Assembly: GCA_030704615.1 (NCBI GenBank)
Contig: CM060734.1
Span: forward strand, 25,668,001 to 25,732,000
DNA: 64,000 nucleotides
Direction: 5' to 3'
DNA from: Takakia lepidozioides
Lineage: Eukaryota > Plantae > Bryophyta
Positions 1 to 15,596 of the stretch are shown piece by piece. A model generated the notes under the pieces. The model worked only from the letters and a program-made list of their open reading frames with translations. It was not told the origin of the DNA and did no database searches. The translations under genes were made by a program, and so were the position numbers. Position 1 is the stretch's first letter; every line of letters begins with the position of its first letter.

Positions 1-829
1 TCAGCAACAAATTCCTTTCGGACTCGGGGGCTCTTCTTCTCATGCAGTCAAAGGACATGTCGGCTCGAAGAACTCTTTTCAGCTACATGAAAGCCTCGGG
101 TTTCGTGTCGTCAAAACTTGGACATGCATCAATACTCTGCCTCTTACGAAGGGCGAGTTCCCGGGGCAGAAAGTGAGTTGGTTCCTTTCAATTCATGTTC
201 GTTGTTTTTTCGGTAAATAAAAATGCTGGGTTATGCCTTCTGTCTCATGCTCTCCTCATTGTTGACAGACACGGGTGTTCGAAGCTTTGTGCCTGGTGAG
301 GCGGAAGGACACTCTTCCTCCTGGTGTTGCTGAGTTCCAGATGAGGGACCTTGCAGCTCATATTGACCCCACCTGCGAGCCTATGGAGGATGATGTTCTC
401 TTCAATTACGTGGACTCGGGTCGAACTATGAAAAGGTCGATTGGTGTCCCTTGGAGAGGTGCACGGGAGAAATCTCCAGCTTTCATGCAGACTTTGGTGG
501 AGACATGCAGCCGTCATGGTGGACGAGTGGTCGACTTGTATGGGCACAGGTGGGGCACTTTACATTGTGATTGACATATGGGCAGTAACCTTAGGGAAAC
601 CCTGTTTTCATTTCTCGTTCTTCTTGGATTTGCAGGAGCATGTTTTCATGCTTGCAAGAGCGCCGGAAGGCACTTCTTCGGCATGGAAGCTGATACGGAG
701 CTCTTCTCGAGCGAGCTTCGTCAGCTTGAGTCGGACACTACTTCTACCCCATCCAAAGAGGGACTTCTGGAGGAGCCCGAAGCGCCTGACGAGGATCTGG
801 ACGTTGACTCCGATTTTGAGTGTGAGTAA
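1..829 (+). pseudogene. Spliced, frameshifted C-terminal part of a beta-class N4-cytosine/N6-adenine DNA methyltransferase-like gene (5' part outside window)
   Basis: Exons ~1-172, 269-549 and 636-829, with GT-AG introns at 173-268 and 550-635. Joined translation: FLSDSGALLL...GFRVVKTWTCIN / FEALCLVRR...REKSPAFMQTLVETCSRHGGRVVDL-xGTG-ACFHACKSAGRHFFGMEAD. This fits the N6_N4_Mtase pattern KP..L...I...S..GD.V.D.F.G.G.T..A....GR...G.E. Two frameshifts (~103, ~539) are needed. Confidence 0.65.
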
Positions 830-1494
830 GTTCTTCTGTAGTCGTTCAAAATATGTGGCATTTCCTTGTGTCGTTCCCGTTCGAAAAAATTGCGTAACAT
901 TGTCTATATCTGGATGTTAACATCTGCCACCATTTCTCTTGTTCCTTTCCAGAGTTCTGCACCAGTCATTGAATCAGCAGACACCTTTCGGATTCCAAGG
1001 ATACTACATGTCCCCGAGTCCCCCTAGATCCAACCGCTTGCCGGTTTACGCGGAAGCTTGCGCACGGGTGTTATCCGAACAAACACTGTATTCGCATCTC
1101 CATAAAGGTCGTGGAAAAAAAAAACGTCATGTATGTGCTGCTGTATTCATAGATGATATTGCTATTAACTCTGGCAGTGGTTCCTCTGAAACCTCCAATA
1201 TTTCTTGACGGTTCAAGTACTGAGGCTGAATAAATTGTGTTTTGGCTTTGCTTCCATCCCATACTGTTTTTCAAGTTCTCTGCGCGTTCCCGTAAGTACA
1301 GTTAGGGATTGCCTACGGTATTTCTTCGGAGTGCGGAATTGAAATGTGTGTGTGGAGTGATGTACTGCTTTGCCAAAAAAACATTTTTCTTTTCAGATTC
1401 AGTTCTGTAGTGGGCGATCTCCTCATTCCAAAGTCAGGATCTCCCACAAAATTCAACCGCAAACCTGCCATTGTTCTCGGCCACAAGGAATATT

Positions 1495-1720
1495 CATGTG
1501 GGGGCAGTAAAGAGGGATAGAAAATTAGGACATAGGGGGGGGGGAAGCACGGACATAGGTAAAAGGGGGGGGGGGGGGAGCACGGTAATAGGGGTGAGAG
1601 CACGGAACCGCGGTAATAGGGGGGGGGGGGCACGGAATTAGGGCCTGAACACGTGGATGCTTGCTGATGTGGCGTGAGCCTAGCCAGGCTCACAGGCTCA
1701 CAGGCTCACAGGCCAGGCTC
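1495..1720. repeat. G-run/GCACGG...ATAGG repeats and (CAGGCTCA)n; possible DNA-transposon subterminal region
   Basis: Three G10-G14 runs, each followed by (A)GCACGG, plus tandem CAGGCTCA at ~1684-1720. Confidence 0.4.
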
Positions 1721-1729
1721 ACGCGCAAG

Positions 1730-4045
1730 CATTCCCCGGTCCAGAAGCACTCGTTTTGCGTGGGGGAGTGGCAGATGATACCAAGGTGACCCCAAGTCTT
1801 GCAAAATGCTGCATGGATGTATGCTGCGCTCCCGAAATTTCGGTCCATGTCTGCACACGTTTGAACCCACGCTTTGCGGGCTTCAGTCTGCAGATCGTAA
1901 AAAATGCTGGAGAGGAGAACATATATCGTAGTGGTTCCTGAGAAGGTGTTCTTACAACGGATCTTCCAGAGGTGCCATAATGTCGATCCTCTAAGGGTTT
2001 CAAAGACTTGACAGCTCACTGCTCTATTCTTGGTATTCTGGTCGTAGTTTAGTAGCAAGTGAGTTGCAGAGAGGATTTTGGGTTCCATTTGAGGTAAAAG
2101 GTTTTTACTAGTGGCCATATCTTGGATGGTGCTTCACAGTGCTCCAAGGATTCCTGCATGGCAGTAGAGTAGCATGCACAAAGGACTGATGCTTGGAACT
2201 GGAGCCATTCGCCTACTTTGAGAACTCTGTTTACTACTTGCCACAAGAAAGCAGAAATCTTTGCGGGGCGAGTCTTGATCCAGACTGAGCTCCAGATAAC
2301 ATACCACCTCTCATCTCTAAATCCGTAGGTCTCCCACTTTAGCTCCCACTTAGAGGTCATGGGTTGTGTTTTGGAGAAAAGTCTTTACCCCCTTTTGGTT
2401 GTATATGAAAAGAAAGGATCTGGAGCTCTAGAGAAACGCCAGGACCATTCCAAGGGGTCGAGATCTAGTTCAGCCAAGGGTCTCCCAAGAATCCACACGA
2501 AGGTATTGGACGCAAGCTAGTCCTGAATTGGGATTGTGAGAGGTGGTAGCGGGTTGGAAGCCTTATCTGGAGAAGACCAGCAGCAGATTCGAATCGGGGT
2601 TAGTGGGATAGGTTGGATGGACTGAGGAAGGGTGGAGGAAAGGGAGAGCACTAATGTATTGGTGTTAATGCTGAAGGAGAAAATTGTAAGCTGCTATGGG
2701 GTCACATACTGGACAAAGAGGATGGATAGCTGACCTTGAAGGATCACCAGAGACCAAGTATTGTCAGCAGGTTGTGTGGGGCCTGCGTCAAGGATAGCCA
2801 ACCATTGGGGGTTGATGGAGCTGATTAGGTCATGGTAACCACGGGTTGCTCTGCTTTTACCAACCGATTCAGCAATAGATTCCATGGGCTTAGGTCATTG
2901 TTCTTCCAGACATTGTTGACCTGGCTGATGCCCCGAGTATCCCAGCCTGACCATCGCTTTGGCCTGGTTTCGCTGGGAAGGGTTTGGGGTGTTTGTATTG
3001 AGAAAAAGATGCTGTCTGAGCACTTCATAGAAGTTGGAGGGTTGGGCTTTAACCAGGTGTTTGCGGAGCTTCACGAAGCTGGAGCCCAAGTCTATACAGT
3101 GTCTATTTGTGGGATATTCGGACGAATCTAAGGCTTACAAATGCTACAACCCCCAGACTCGGAAAATTGTCGATGTACGCTTTGAGGAGGGGGTATTTCC
3201 TCACTCGGCAGCAATGGCTACGCCTTCACTCCAGCGTATCCCTCGAGCCCCTGTCCATCGACTCGGCCGCAATCCAAATCGAGAACCCCCGGGCTTACTT
3301 GGATCCCACGCCCAATACGCCCGTCGCGGTGTCAGCGCCTGCACCAACTCCAGCGCCCGCGCCTATTCCGGTTTCGCTTCCTGAAGCCAATCCTACCACC
3401 GCAGCGCCGGCTGACTCTCCTCGGAGCTCCAGCACCAAATCCAATATTCAAGGCTCCTGCATCGGAACTCCGGCGCTCCACCCGCCCCCGCTCCACATCC
3501 ACTCGCCTGAAGGACTACGTCACCAATGTTGTCTGTTGCCATATATTGTTCCAAAGAGCTGATCCAACTGTTTTAAGATTGAACCCGTGGGTGATCCAGT
3601 GTAGCGAGGGCTGCCATGTGGGAACTTTGAGGGGAGAAGATGCGATTATGTGATCATAAACCAAAAATTTCCAGCAGCCTCCCTCAGGCCCCAAGAACCT
3701 TGGAATCCATTTGCCAAGGAGGGCATTGATTTTGGATTCTAGATCCAGAACTCGCAGACCGCCTTTCTTTTTTGGGAGACATATTTGCTTCCATCCCACC
3801 TGCGGTCTTTGTTTTCTGAGGCATTGGATGCCCCCAAGACGAAGTTTCTAAGTGAACGCCTAGCCTCTTGGATTTGGAACCCCAGTATGTGAGTTTCTTT
3901 TTGAGCTTCACCATCATTGGGGCGAATTTTGGGTGATATGTAAGGTCAACACCGAAGGTGTAGCCAAGTAAGGTGGTGGACTCTCCTGGTTTTAGCCAAG
4001 TAAGACCTGCTTGCTTTAAACTCGTTGGGTAAGCGTAGTCCTGGC
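1730..4045 (-). mobile_element. Degenerate L1-like LINE, 3' part of ORF2 (post-RT region plus zf-RVT)
   Basis: WKQICLPKKKGGLRVLDLESKINALLGKWI; WSSVWIKTRPAKISAFLWQVVNRVL...CACY...ESLEH; TLWHLWKIRC. Broken by stops and frameshifts. Confidence 0.85.
3073..3535 (+). mobile_element. Ty1/copia internal fragment (integrase C-terminal SH3-like region plus Pro-rich linker) inside the LINE
   Basis: KLEPKSIQCLFVGYSDESKAYKCYNPQTRKIVDVRFEE is the typical copia post-integrase motif. No LTR is visible. Confidence 0.8.
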
Positions 4046-4695
4046 GGTTACAAAATGCACTGAGAAAAGTAAGGGTAATGACTAATGACTTGAGAACCAC
4101 GCAAGCGCAGACGACCGGTGGTAGGCGGTAGGCGGCGCGGACGGGTTGAAGCCTCGAAACGACCCGTCGTGTCGCTTACCGAACCTATCCCGAACCAGTC
4201 CGAAGCTGTACCGAGCCACTCCTTCACCACCCTTCTCTTGAGAGAGGAGCGCTCTTCTTCTTCCCTTACATCTTCTTGTTGGATCAGATCTTTGTGTCAA
4301 TTACAGTGGAGCGCGTGCCGTGAACGTGTATCTCAATTCTCATTGGAGTGGGGCCCTCGGTGGTGAGGAGTCCCGCTCTTGCTTGGCGATCAGGGTTCTG
4401 GTGGCTTGCATCTGTGTTGAGGTGGGGTTGTTGGGAAAGTTTTGCCGTCATCTTGTCCATGTTGAATGTTTTCTCAATCCTACTTTCCCGGTACAACGCA
4501 TGTGGCTGCGTTGTGTGCATCTGTGACTGTTGAACTCTTAGATGTGAATCGTTAAACTTCTCCTTTTTCAAGCATCCATTGAGCCATACTCCGCCTGCTT
4601 TCTGGTGGCTCCGTTGAAGGGTTGCAGGTAGGAGGTTTGCGGGGAGGAGGTTTGCGGGGAGGCTCGAGGGGAAAGGATCATTCAAGCAAATAGCC

Positions 4696-7707
<3,012 letters not shown>

Positions 7708-10186
7708 GAGCAGCTTGGAGGATGAGTGGCGGTTGAACAATAGAACTCTTGTACAGATCCATCCATCGTTTTTGTTTTGCATATATCCATAGCTACTTTG
7801 TTTTACTGTCTCGTGAAATGCATTTAAGCAACTATGTCTGCAAGTATCTATGCATTTCAGGTGGGGCGACCCACTTGGGGTCCATTTCCATACTTCGTTA
7901 TATTGTATATGACTTCTATATGACTTTTTCTTGTAAAGAGCTCTTTAAGTGGTCATTTCCGTATCACGTTCTTATGACATCAGTAATGGTTTGTCAGGGT
8001 GGGAGCAATTGAACCTGGAGTAATGTCTAGGGCTTTGAAGTGCATCCCTACTCAAAGGATTGCTAGCAGTGTGCAGCAGTTGTCTCCACTTGGGGAGTTG
8101 GATTGCAATTGTCACCACAGGGAGGGATATTCAACTTGGTATCGAGTGGAAACAAATCACAATTGGTTTGGCAATGTTCATAGAATGTGCTTTGGCAACT
8201 CATTGAGATTGGCAGTTAACGGATGATACTAACTTCCATCTGCATTCTGACTTTGGATGCAGATGAGGTTCTGCCCATCTTCCTTGACCTCTGGTGGAAA
8301 GACTGAAGTGGGAATGTGATATGCACTTTAGAGGTTCAGTCTCTCTGACAGTTACATTACAGTTTACTCATCTATGATTTTGATATGGGTAACAGAATGG
8401 GCTTAGGGCATCTGTAGTCTGTTGTTTAAGTACAAGTAGATAGATCAGGCACTATTCCATGTCAGCAGTAGAGCTTGAACAGTTTGGACGTAAATTTACT
8501 GTAATACTTGAACTGATGCTGATGTAATGATCTTAATGGACCTCAAAGCCAAAGTTAATGTATTACAATTTGCCACTCAGCTTTGGAGAGGAACAGGTAA
8601 CATATGGAGCTTTTTTACTTTTCGTTTTCTTGCCTAGCACAATTTATGAGTTTGAACTCAGCACTTTAAGGATTTCAAGGCCTTTGCAAACCTCTTCAAA
8701 GCTCACAAGCGGACAAATCTGTAATTGAGACTTCTGCACAGTTCTACTTTTTGGATGTAGCTAGAATTTGAGTACCACATAATCTTGACCAGAAACTGGA
8801 CTAGTCCCAGGAACTGGAATCCTGTGTCTGCAAAAATGAGCCTCCCAAGTTCGTACTCTGAACTGAGAAACAGAGTACCTAATGTGTACACCTACATTTA
8901 AACGAATCCCAGCTTTGAACACCACAGAGCACTCATATTTGTGGAGGACTAAAAAGCTTTTCAAGACAATGGTTCATTAAAATTATCCTTAAAGTCATGC
9001 CGAGTTTGGTCCCCAGTTTGGACCTCTAACTTGTGTTTCATCCCTAGTTTGAGTGCAAACCTAAAGTCAGCAAAATTGGGCACGAGTTTGCCAAACTTGG
9101 GCATGAGTCTTGACATATTATTGTCCCCAAGAACCAGACACACGAAGGCTTGTCAGTTGACCCAGCACTGAGAGAGCTGGCGGGAGAACGAGATGCACCA
9201 TTGGTACCGGCGGGGGCTACTTGTGCGGTATCCGGTCCACTCGCCACTGCTGGACCTTGGTCTCTTGGAGTATTTGAGGACACGGGTACGTGAGTCCCTC
9301 CAAGAGCTGGACTGGAGGGGAAAGTTGCGGGAGCTTCGCCAAGTAGACTCGTCCAAGCAGATGGAACAACTGTACGCTCGTCTCGCATCTAGCTCTCCTA
9401 ACTCTCTCAGTGTAGGAAAGAGAGAGAGGGGGAGAAAGAGGCCGGGCGGTAGGTGGAAAGTAATGACTGCTAGCTTCTTCCATGCATAGTTGGCACCGTC
9501 AAACACAGGAGTCTACCAGTGTTGTACTGTTATCAACTTTTGATGATAACATGCGGGTCCTGGTTTCTTCTTCGGCCGAAACGGGAAAAAAGGCTATTTT
9601 TTTGCCGGACGTTTATGAGGGCGCTTTCATCGTTCCACCCCGCCCCATCATTCGCTATGTCGGGGGTAAAGCAAAGGAAGAATTCCTAATTTCGTGCTCT
9701 GGCATGTTCTCGAATATTAAAAAGTTTATCGATTTTATTACCAATGATTATCGATATTGCATGTTCTGTAATATCCGACTCCGTTATCAAGACTGGTATT
9801 GCAGAATGTTATATCGCATGTTATCAACAGCGGGTATCAATAGTTCAGTCAACATAGTGCACACATTCGAAAACATGTATACTTCAACATATGCATAATG
9901 CAACTACATGTCTTTAAGCACATAGCCATAGTCATCCAACACATAATCTGTAGCTGCACATAATTTGTAGATGCACATAATCTGTAGCTGCTCCTACTGC
10001 CAAAACTACAGATAATGCCGTTAATCCATAGCTGCTCTTGAACTCCACATACTCCAGAAAACCCAACCTGCAAGATAGTAGAATGACAACAGATTTAGCA
10101 ACTAAACAAGAACCACAACAAATGACAAACAAACTTAAAGTTGATCAACAAGATCATACATACAGAAATGAAAGGTGAGGGCATAC

Positions 10187-11430
10187 CTATTCATCACCCT
10201 CAAACAAACCGGCTTTAGAAATGAGCTCCTCATTCTCGTCAACAAGTGTATCCTCGGATTCAAAGAAATTAGTCAATTTTCCTGCTTCAACTAGCTTAAA
10301 ATCTGTCCTGGCATCACTTGGCCGATTTTTATAGATCATGACTAGCTTGTCAAGGCTTTTCACACCAAGACGACAACGTCGCAATGAAGTGAGCACACCA
10401 GCCATTGAGAAAATCCTCTCGATTTCTATTTGAGAAACTGGAATGCCTAAAATCTGCCGAGCAAGATAACCAACATTGGGAAATCGAGTCTCATTTTCAT
10501 ACCACCATTTCAGAGGGTCCAGGTTTTCAACATCCTCAACATGATACCGACGAAACAAAGACAACTCAGACTTCAACAACCCTTCACTTGCTTCCTCATT
10601 GGAAACTGCTGAACCAAACAAAGAATCACTTCGAGCTGGCTGAACCACCACTGGATTCACAGTTTGAGCACGTTCGGGACTTACAGGGACCAAAATAGTG
10701 TTTAGAAGAGGTACCAGAATCCGTCCATCATACTGTTTCACCAAATCAGCAGCCGTACCCCTTCCAATGTAATCCATGATACACTGCAATCATTTGAATC
10801 GGGGATCCAACATTAATGCAAGCATGTTATGTGCTCTGACTTGTGAGAAAGTTTCAGCAAAAGCCAGAAAAGATTGTAACACGTCAGTGACCTGAAAAGC
10901 CATGCGAGCATACAATATCTCTATTTCCTGGTCAAAGTCCCCACAACGCAATGGAGGCACAACATTAGCTCTCCATCAACAATCCTCTTCATCGTGATCA
11001 TAATGGCAAGAGTAGAGTGTAGTGCATCTGACAACAGCCAACGACAGCCAATAACCTCTACGCTAGTTAAGTAAACATTGATGTACAACATGGTTTAGTG
11101 TTTCCGTCACTGCCTGAGCAATGGCCCATGTGCAACCAGTGGGCACCCTGGATTGTAGAGCAGCGGTCTGCCGTGTGTAACAGATGTTGATAGCCTAGGC
11201 ATACTCCAAAGTCTCTTGGAACAATATAACTTGGAAAGCAAAACGAGTTTTCACCAGGGTCTTAAGTTTCCGTCATGCCTCTATTGCAAGCCTTGTCCCA
11301 AGTAATGGTTTTCTGAAGGGCAGCTTGTGCATCTTTCAGGCTTACTTCCTTCATGCCCATACCAACCTTGTCTTGGTTTGTGGCATACTGACATGCATTC
11401 GACATAGCATGGCCAAAGCAGGGGATTTGA
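10187..11430 (-). mobile_element. hAT-superfamily transposase relic (C-terminal part with dimerization domain)
   Basis: DPLKWWYENETRFPNVGYLARQILGIPVSQIEIERIFSMAG in ORF 10187-10789. Upstream broken frames give HNMLALMLDPRFK and CFGHAMSNACQYAT. TIRs were not identified. Confidence 0.9.
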
Positions 11431-12115
11431 TATTCTATCAGCTATCAGCCATCAGTCATCAGCCATCAGTGTGACGTGAATGCAGAAACGGCGGCCATGT
11501 GGCAATATAATATTTTTTCTCGGGCTGCCCGGAATTGTATGCTTGGATTTGTGAGAAACAATAATGAAAAATGACACGGGATAGTACTAACACGCCACCT
11601 TTGGCTGCCGAAGATGGAGGCTGAGCGGGAGAACATAAAGGTAAAAACGAAATAAATGGATGTAGGAAAAAAAAAAAAAAAAAAAAAAACCCGACTGAGA
11701 TATGACTTCTAAGTGGAAGAATTCTGCAAGAACGTGGAAGAATTCTGCTTGTTTTTTAGCCATTTTAATCTCTAGCTTGGATTATCGTATGCTACGGAAA
11801 TGTCCAGGGATACTGGTGAAAAAAATATATATTTGTTGGACCTAAGTTGAACGAAGGTTTCTCTTTTGTCCTTGTATAAGGTACGTTTCGCTTTTTGGAA
11901 TGTGATCTTATATTCAATTTCAAACTCTAAAATTTATTTTTTCGGGCAGGTTCGTTGGGCAGATTGAAATGTTCTTGTTCACCTTCGTTGACCTTCGTCA
12001 CTAATGGAATGCATTGGAACTGACAGAATAGGAGCTCTCCTAAAGCAGGACCCACGATATGAAGCAGAAAGGTTAAGTGGCATACATGAAACCACTGATG
12101 TAAGGGCAGTAGTAA

Positions 12116-12668
12116 TGTCGCGCACCTCACTTCGGTAAGAGCCCCTTCACGTCATAGTTACTCGCTTTGATGTGCACGCCTAACTCCCAAACTGGCCGCC
12201 GGGCCAACTCGGAGCCACTGCCCCCACCACAGGGGCAACCCCTCTTGTGTCCCGACCCCCTGCCCTCAAGGCAAAGGGCCGCGACACACACCCCTACCAA
12301 CAGGGAGTCGATGTCCCATCGACTTGTCCATTTTGTAGAAACTAAACATCCAGGTGTTGGCGTCCCACATAAAGGAGTTTGTTTCCGTACCATGGCGTCT
12401 CCTATGGCAAGAACCAAACCCTCACTTGACTCAACTCTCCACTAGCTGGTTCGGCCGACTTCCTCCAAGTCCTGGCCAAGGGTGGAGCCTCTCAAGCTCC
12501 TCCCAGTGCACTCTTCTTGGCCTACTTCAAGGCCAAGGAACGTCCAGGACCTCCACCCACCGCGATCGAATCGCCTTAATCAACAACATTGCTTCGATCG
12601 CTCATGATGCCGCTTTTGGCATCACCTTGAGCAAGGGTTCACCTTGAACCCTTTTTTACTAGGAAGAT
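12116..12668 (-). mobile_element. Inverted 3'-end fragment of the chromovirus family: internally deleted LTR (12116-12286) plus PPT plus 3' UTR
   Basis: Reverse complement of both LTR ends (TGTCGCGCACCTCACTTC... and ...GGGCCGCGACA) joined together, followed by sequence matching ~20680-21053. Confidence 0.9.
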
Positions 12669-14816
12669 TCTTGTACTGCTTGTATCTCTTGGGGATATAA
12701 GGTGGTGGCATGCCGTCGCGAGGTAGGAAAGTGCGTCCCGGATGTCGTCGGTGGCAGCTTCTTGTTCCTGTTATCGTCACTTTCTGGTTGCTCCTCTAGT
12801 TCGTGAGTGGCCAGCTTTCTTCGTGAGGGGTTCTGCTATCACTCCCCACGTACCATATCGATTTTGTTGGTCAAGGTTTCGCGGTAGGTTTGCAGCTCCT
12901 CCTTGGTCCAGGGTATAATGTGTTTTGTTGCCCTGCTGCCCATTAACCAGTTAACAGCTTGGACCCCTGTTTCTTTGAAAGGGTGGTCTCTGTCCAATAC
13001 CAACGGTGAAAAGTGGTCCTTCGCCTGGCGCCATGCTTCAGCATACAGTGGCCTAATCATATATGTTGAAGTGCCTGTGACTCTCTCTGGTGGTTGGAAT
13101 TTGGGTAATTCCTAGTGAGTATCTTTTTCAATACTCTCATCGCGCTGCCAGCTTCCCCTCATTGTCACGAACATGCGGTACAAGTAATGCAATATAAAAA
13201 CTTGGGCATCCCATCACAATGGTTACTGCGGGGTAGGATTAATCTTCAATTGCCCCACTGCCCACATGTAAGCTACCAGCTCCTTGTATTCCAGAGGAGC
13301 TTGGCGCCAGAATTCAACCAATTCTGCCCCTGACCATATCTCCTCCTTAGCCAGTGGTCTCATCCTATATCTCCGAGGAATAAGAGTTGATTGAGCAGAT
13401 GCAATTGACCAATGATTGCAGGGAGATAAGGTTTTGAAAACCTTCTGCAGTATTTCTGGGATTTGGTGGGCTGATACTACCATCATTTTAAGTATTCCTC
13501 TGAATACTTTAACCCACTCCCCATCCTGCTTGCATGGCATGATTTGGAAATCATCCACTGCTACTGAAGTTGATGCTACCAGGACACTTGGTAGTGTTAC
13601 AGGGTTTACCTCTTGAGTAGATGGCCCTGCTGTGGCATGTACCAGTGTCTGTTGGCTTGGTGGTGTTTGTGTTGGTGTTGTTGTTGTTGATTGTATTGGT
13701 GTCTCTCGTTCATGATCTTGCTCCTCTTGATCCTCTTCGTCCATGAGTTCCTCTTGTTCTAGAATTGGTAGCAGGAACTCCTCATGAATGTCTATCACCA
13801 ATTTCACCAACTGGCACTTCATCTGCCTCACCATTGCCCTGTTGAGTTTCTTTCATCTCCAATTCACTCCCTTCATTCAACCAGGCTCTGGCTAAGGCTG
13901 CGTCTGCTGTATCCAACCCTGCTGCAATGTCAGCTTCTTCTCAGCTGCTGCTTCCATTCTTGTTCATTGCCCATGGCAATGTCTCTTTCTGTGGTGGCGG
14001 TAAACAGCCTGCTCTCAGCATTCTCCCTTTGCTTTAGCAGTGTAGTGTTGCTGTTGAGCCATTTGGTTCCCTAATCTCTGGCAGTCCTCAGCTGCCCCTT
14101 GAGTGTCTCCACCTGCTGCTTTAATGTTTGCACCTGCCCTGTGAGTGTTTCCACCTCTGTCTCTGTTTTCCGAGATCTCTCTCGCTCTGCATCGAGGTCA
14201 GCTTGGACATGGCGTGTTTCGTCTCTTTGTCTTCCCACTTTTGCTCCCACTCATCTCTGCGTTGTGCAATGTGTTGGTATTGGTGGAATAAGTCGACTTG
14301 ATCTTCTAATGCTGCAATTGTAACCTCATGGTTACATACTGTTCTTGCAGTGGCCAATTCCCTCTGGTGCTTCTCTTTGATTTGGTCTAAGATCATGTTC
14401 AGGTTTTTTGGGCTGATGTAATCCTTGGCCCTGTCTATACAAACTGTCAGTTGCCCCAATGCTTGGATTGCCTGCAGAATGACATTTTGTGGTGCTTCCT
14501 CCAAACCTGTGTCCCATGCTGTTGTATCTAAAACTTGTTGTGCTAGTAGTAATTCCAAAGTGGAATTTCTGTCTGCTACTGCTGACTCGGTGCCTCTGCC
14601 ACCATCTGCTGTTGCTGCTGATCGGGTGCATCTCAGCACTATCTGTGTGCTGGCTGGTCGGATGCCTGTTGCACTATTTGCAGTTGCTGAGGCCACTATG
14701 TCTCCCTCCCTCTGATTGCGTGGCCTCTGTGTGTGCTGCTTGCTGTGCTTCGGTGTTGCCATGGCTAATTTCCATGGGCGTTGATTCGTTGGTCTGTGGT
14801 TTTGTCCCTCCTTCTA

Positions 14817-15542
14817 TGTCGCGGCCCTTTGCCTTGAGGGCAGGGGGTCGGGACACATGAGGGGCTGCCCCTGTAGTGGGGGCATCGGCAGCGATAGGTA
14901 TGGGGGCTGAAGCACCCTTGAGTGCCCAAGGCATTCAAGGAGGCGGAGGCGCTCACTAAGTGGAGCCCCGCACACCGGGTTGCGGTGGGGGTGGCTCCAC
15001 AAGGGGTGGTGGTAGCTTAGCGGGACTTAGTGGGGTGGCATAGGACTCACCATGGGGGCGGAGACCTCGTGGTGGGAGTCGTGGGGAGCCTTGGGGACTC
15101 ATCACGGTCCATAGGGCCGTGTGATGAGTGGGCCAAGACTCACCGCGACTCATCACCGGGAGTCGAGGGTTTTCGTGGTGGTTCGCCATAAAATGGCATG
15201 GCTGGTTATGAAACCCCCGCGGACAGCTACAGAAGTATATATAGGGAGTGTAGTACCCCGAGAACGGTGCAAGCCCGTTGGTGACCAAAACTAGTGAGTA
15301 AGCGAACGAGCCAGAAAAGCGACCAAAGAGTGGGGAGCTGTTCCGGACTGCCATCTACCAAAGGGAATTCTCCTAGTCCCAAATAGGTGGAGGGTTAGAG
15401 GGAAGCGAAGGGGGACCGTTATGTCCCGGTGAGCAGCCAAAGCTCCAAGTTGGCCCGGGCGGCCAGGTTGGGAGTCAGGCGCGCGCATCAAAGCGAGTAA
15501 CTATGACTTGAAGGGGAGCTTACCGAAGTGAGGTGCGCGACA
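14817..15542 (+). repeat. 5' LTR (726 bp)
   Basis: TG...CA ends with a 7-bp terminal inverted repeat; TATATATA box at ~15236; matches 21054-21778. Confidence 0.95.
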
Positions 15543-15544
15543 CT

Positions 15545-15556
15545 TGGTATCAGAGC
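15545..15556 (+). promoter_or_regulatory. Primer-binding site, tRNA-iMet type
   Basis: TGGTATCAGAGC, 2 nt after the LTR end. Confidence 0.95.
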
Positions 15557-15596
15557 TTAGAGTTCAGTACGCGATCGTCCTGGGATTGGCCTCATC

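Noticed and set aside
8236-8266. Short hairpin CATCTGCAT...ATGCAGATG as a miRNA or terminator
   Set aside because: The stem is too short and is compatible with chance.
9140-9506. Overlapping ~100-aa ORFs in a GC-rich patch
   Set aside because: No recognisable motif or splice structure, so I cannot support a call.
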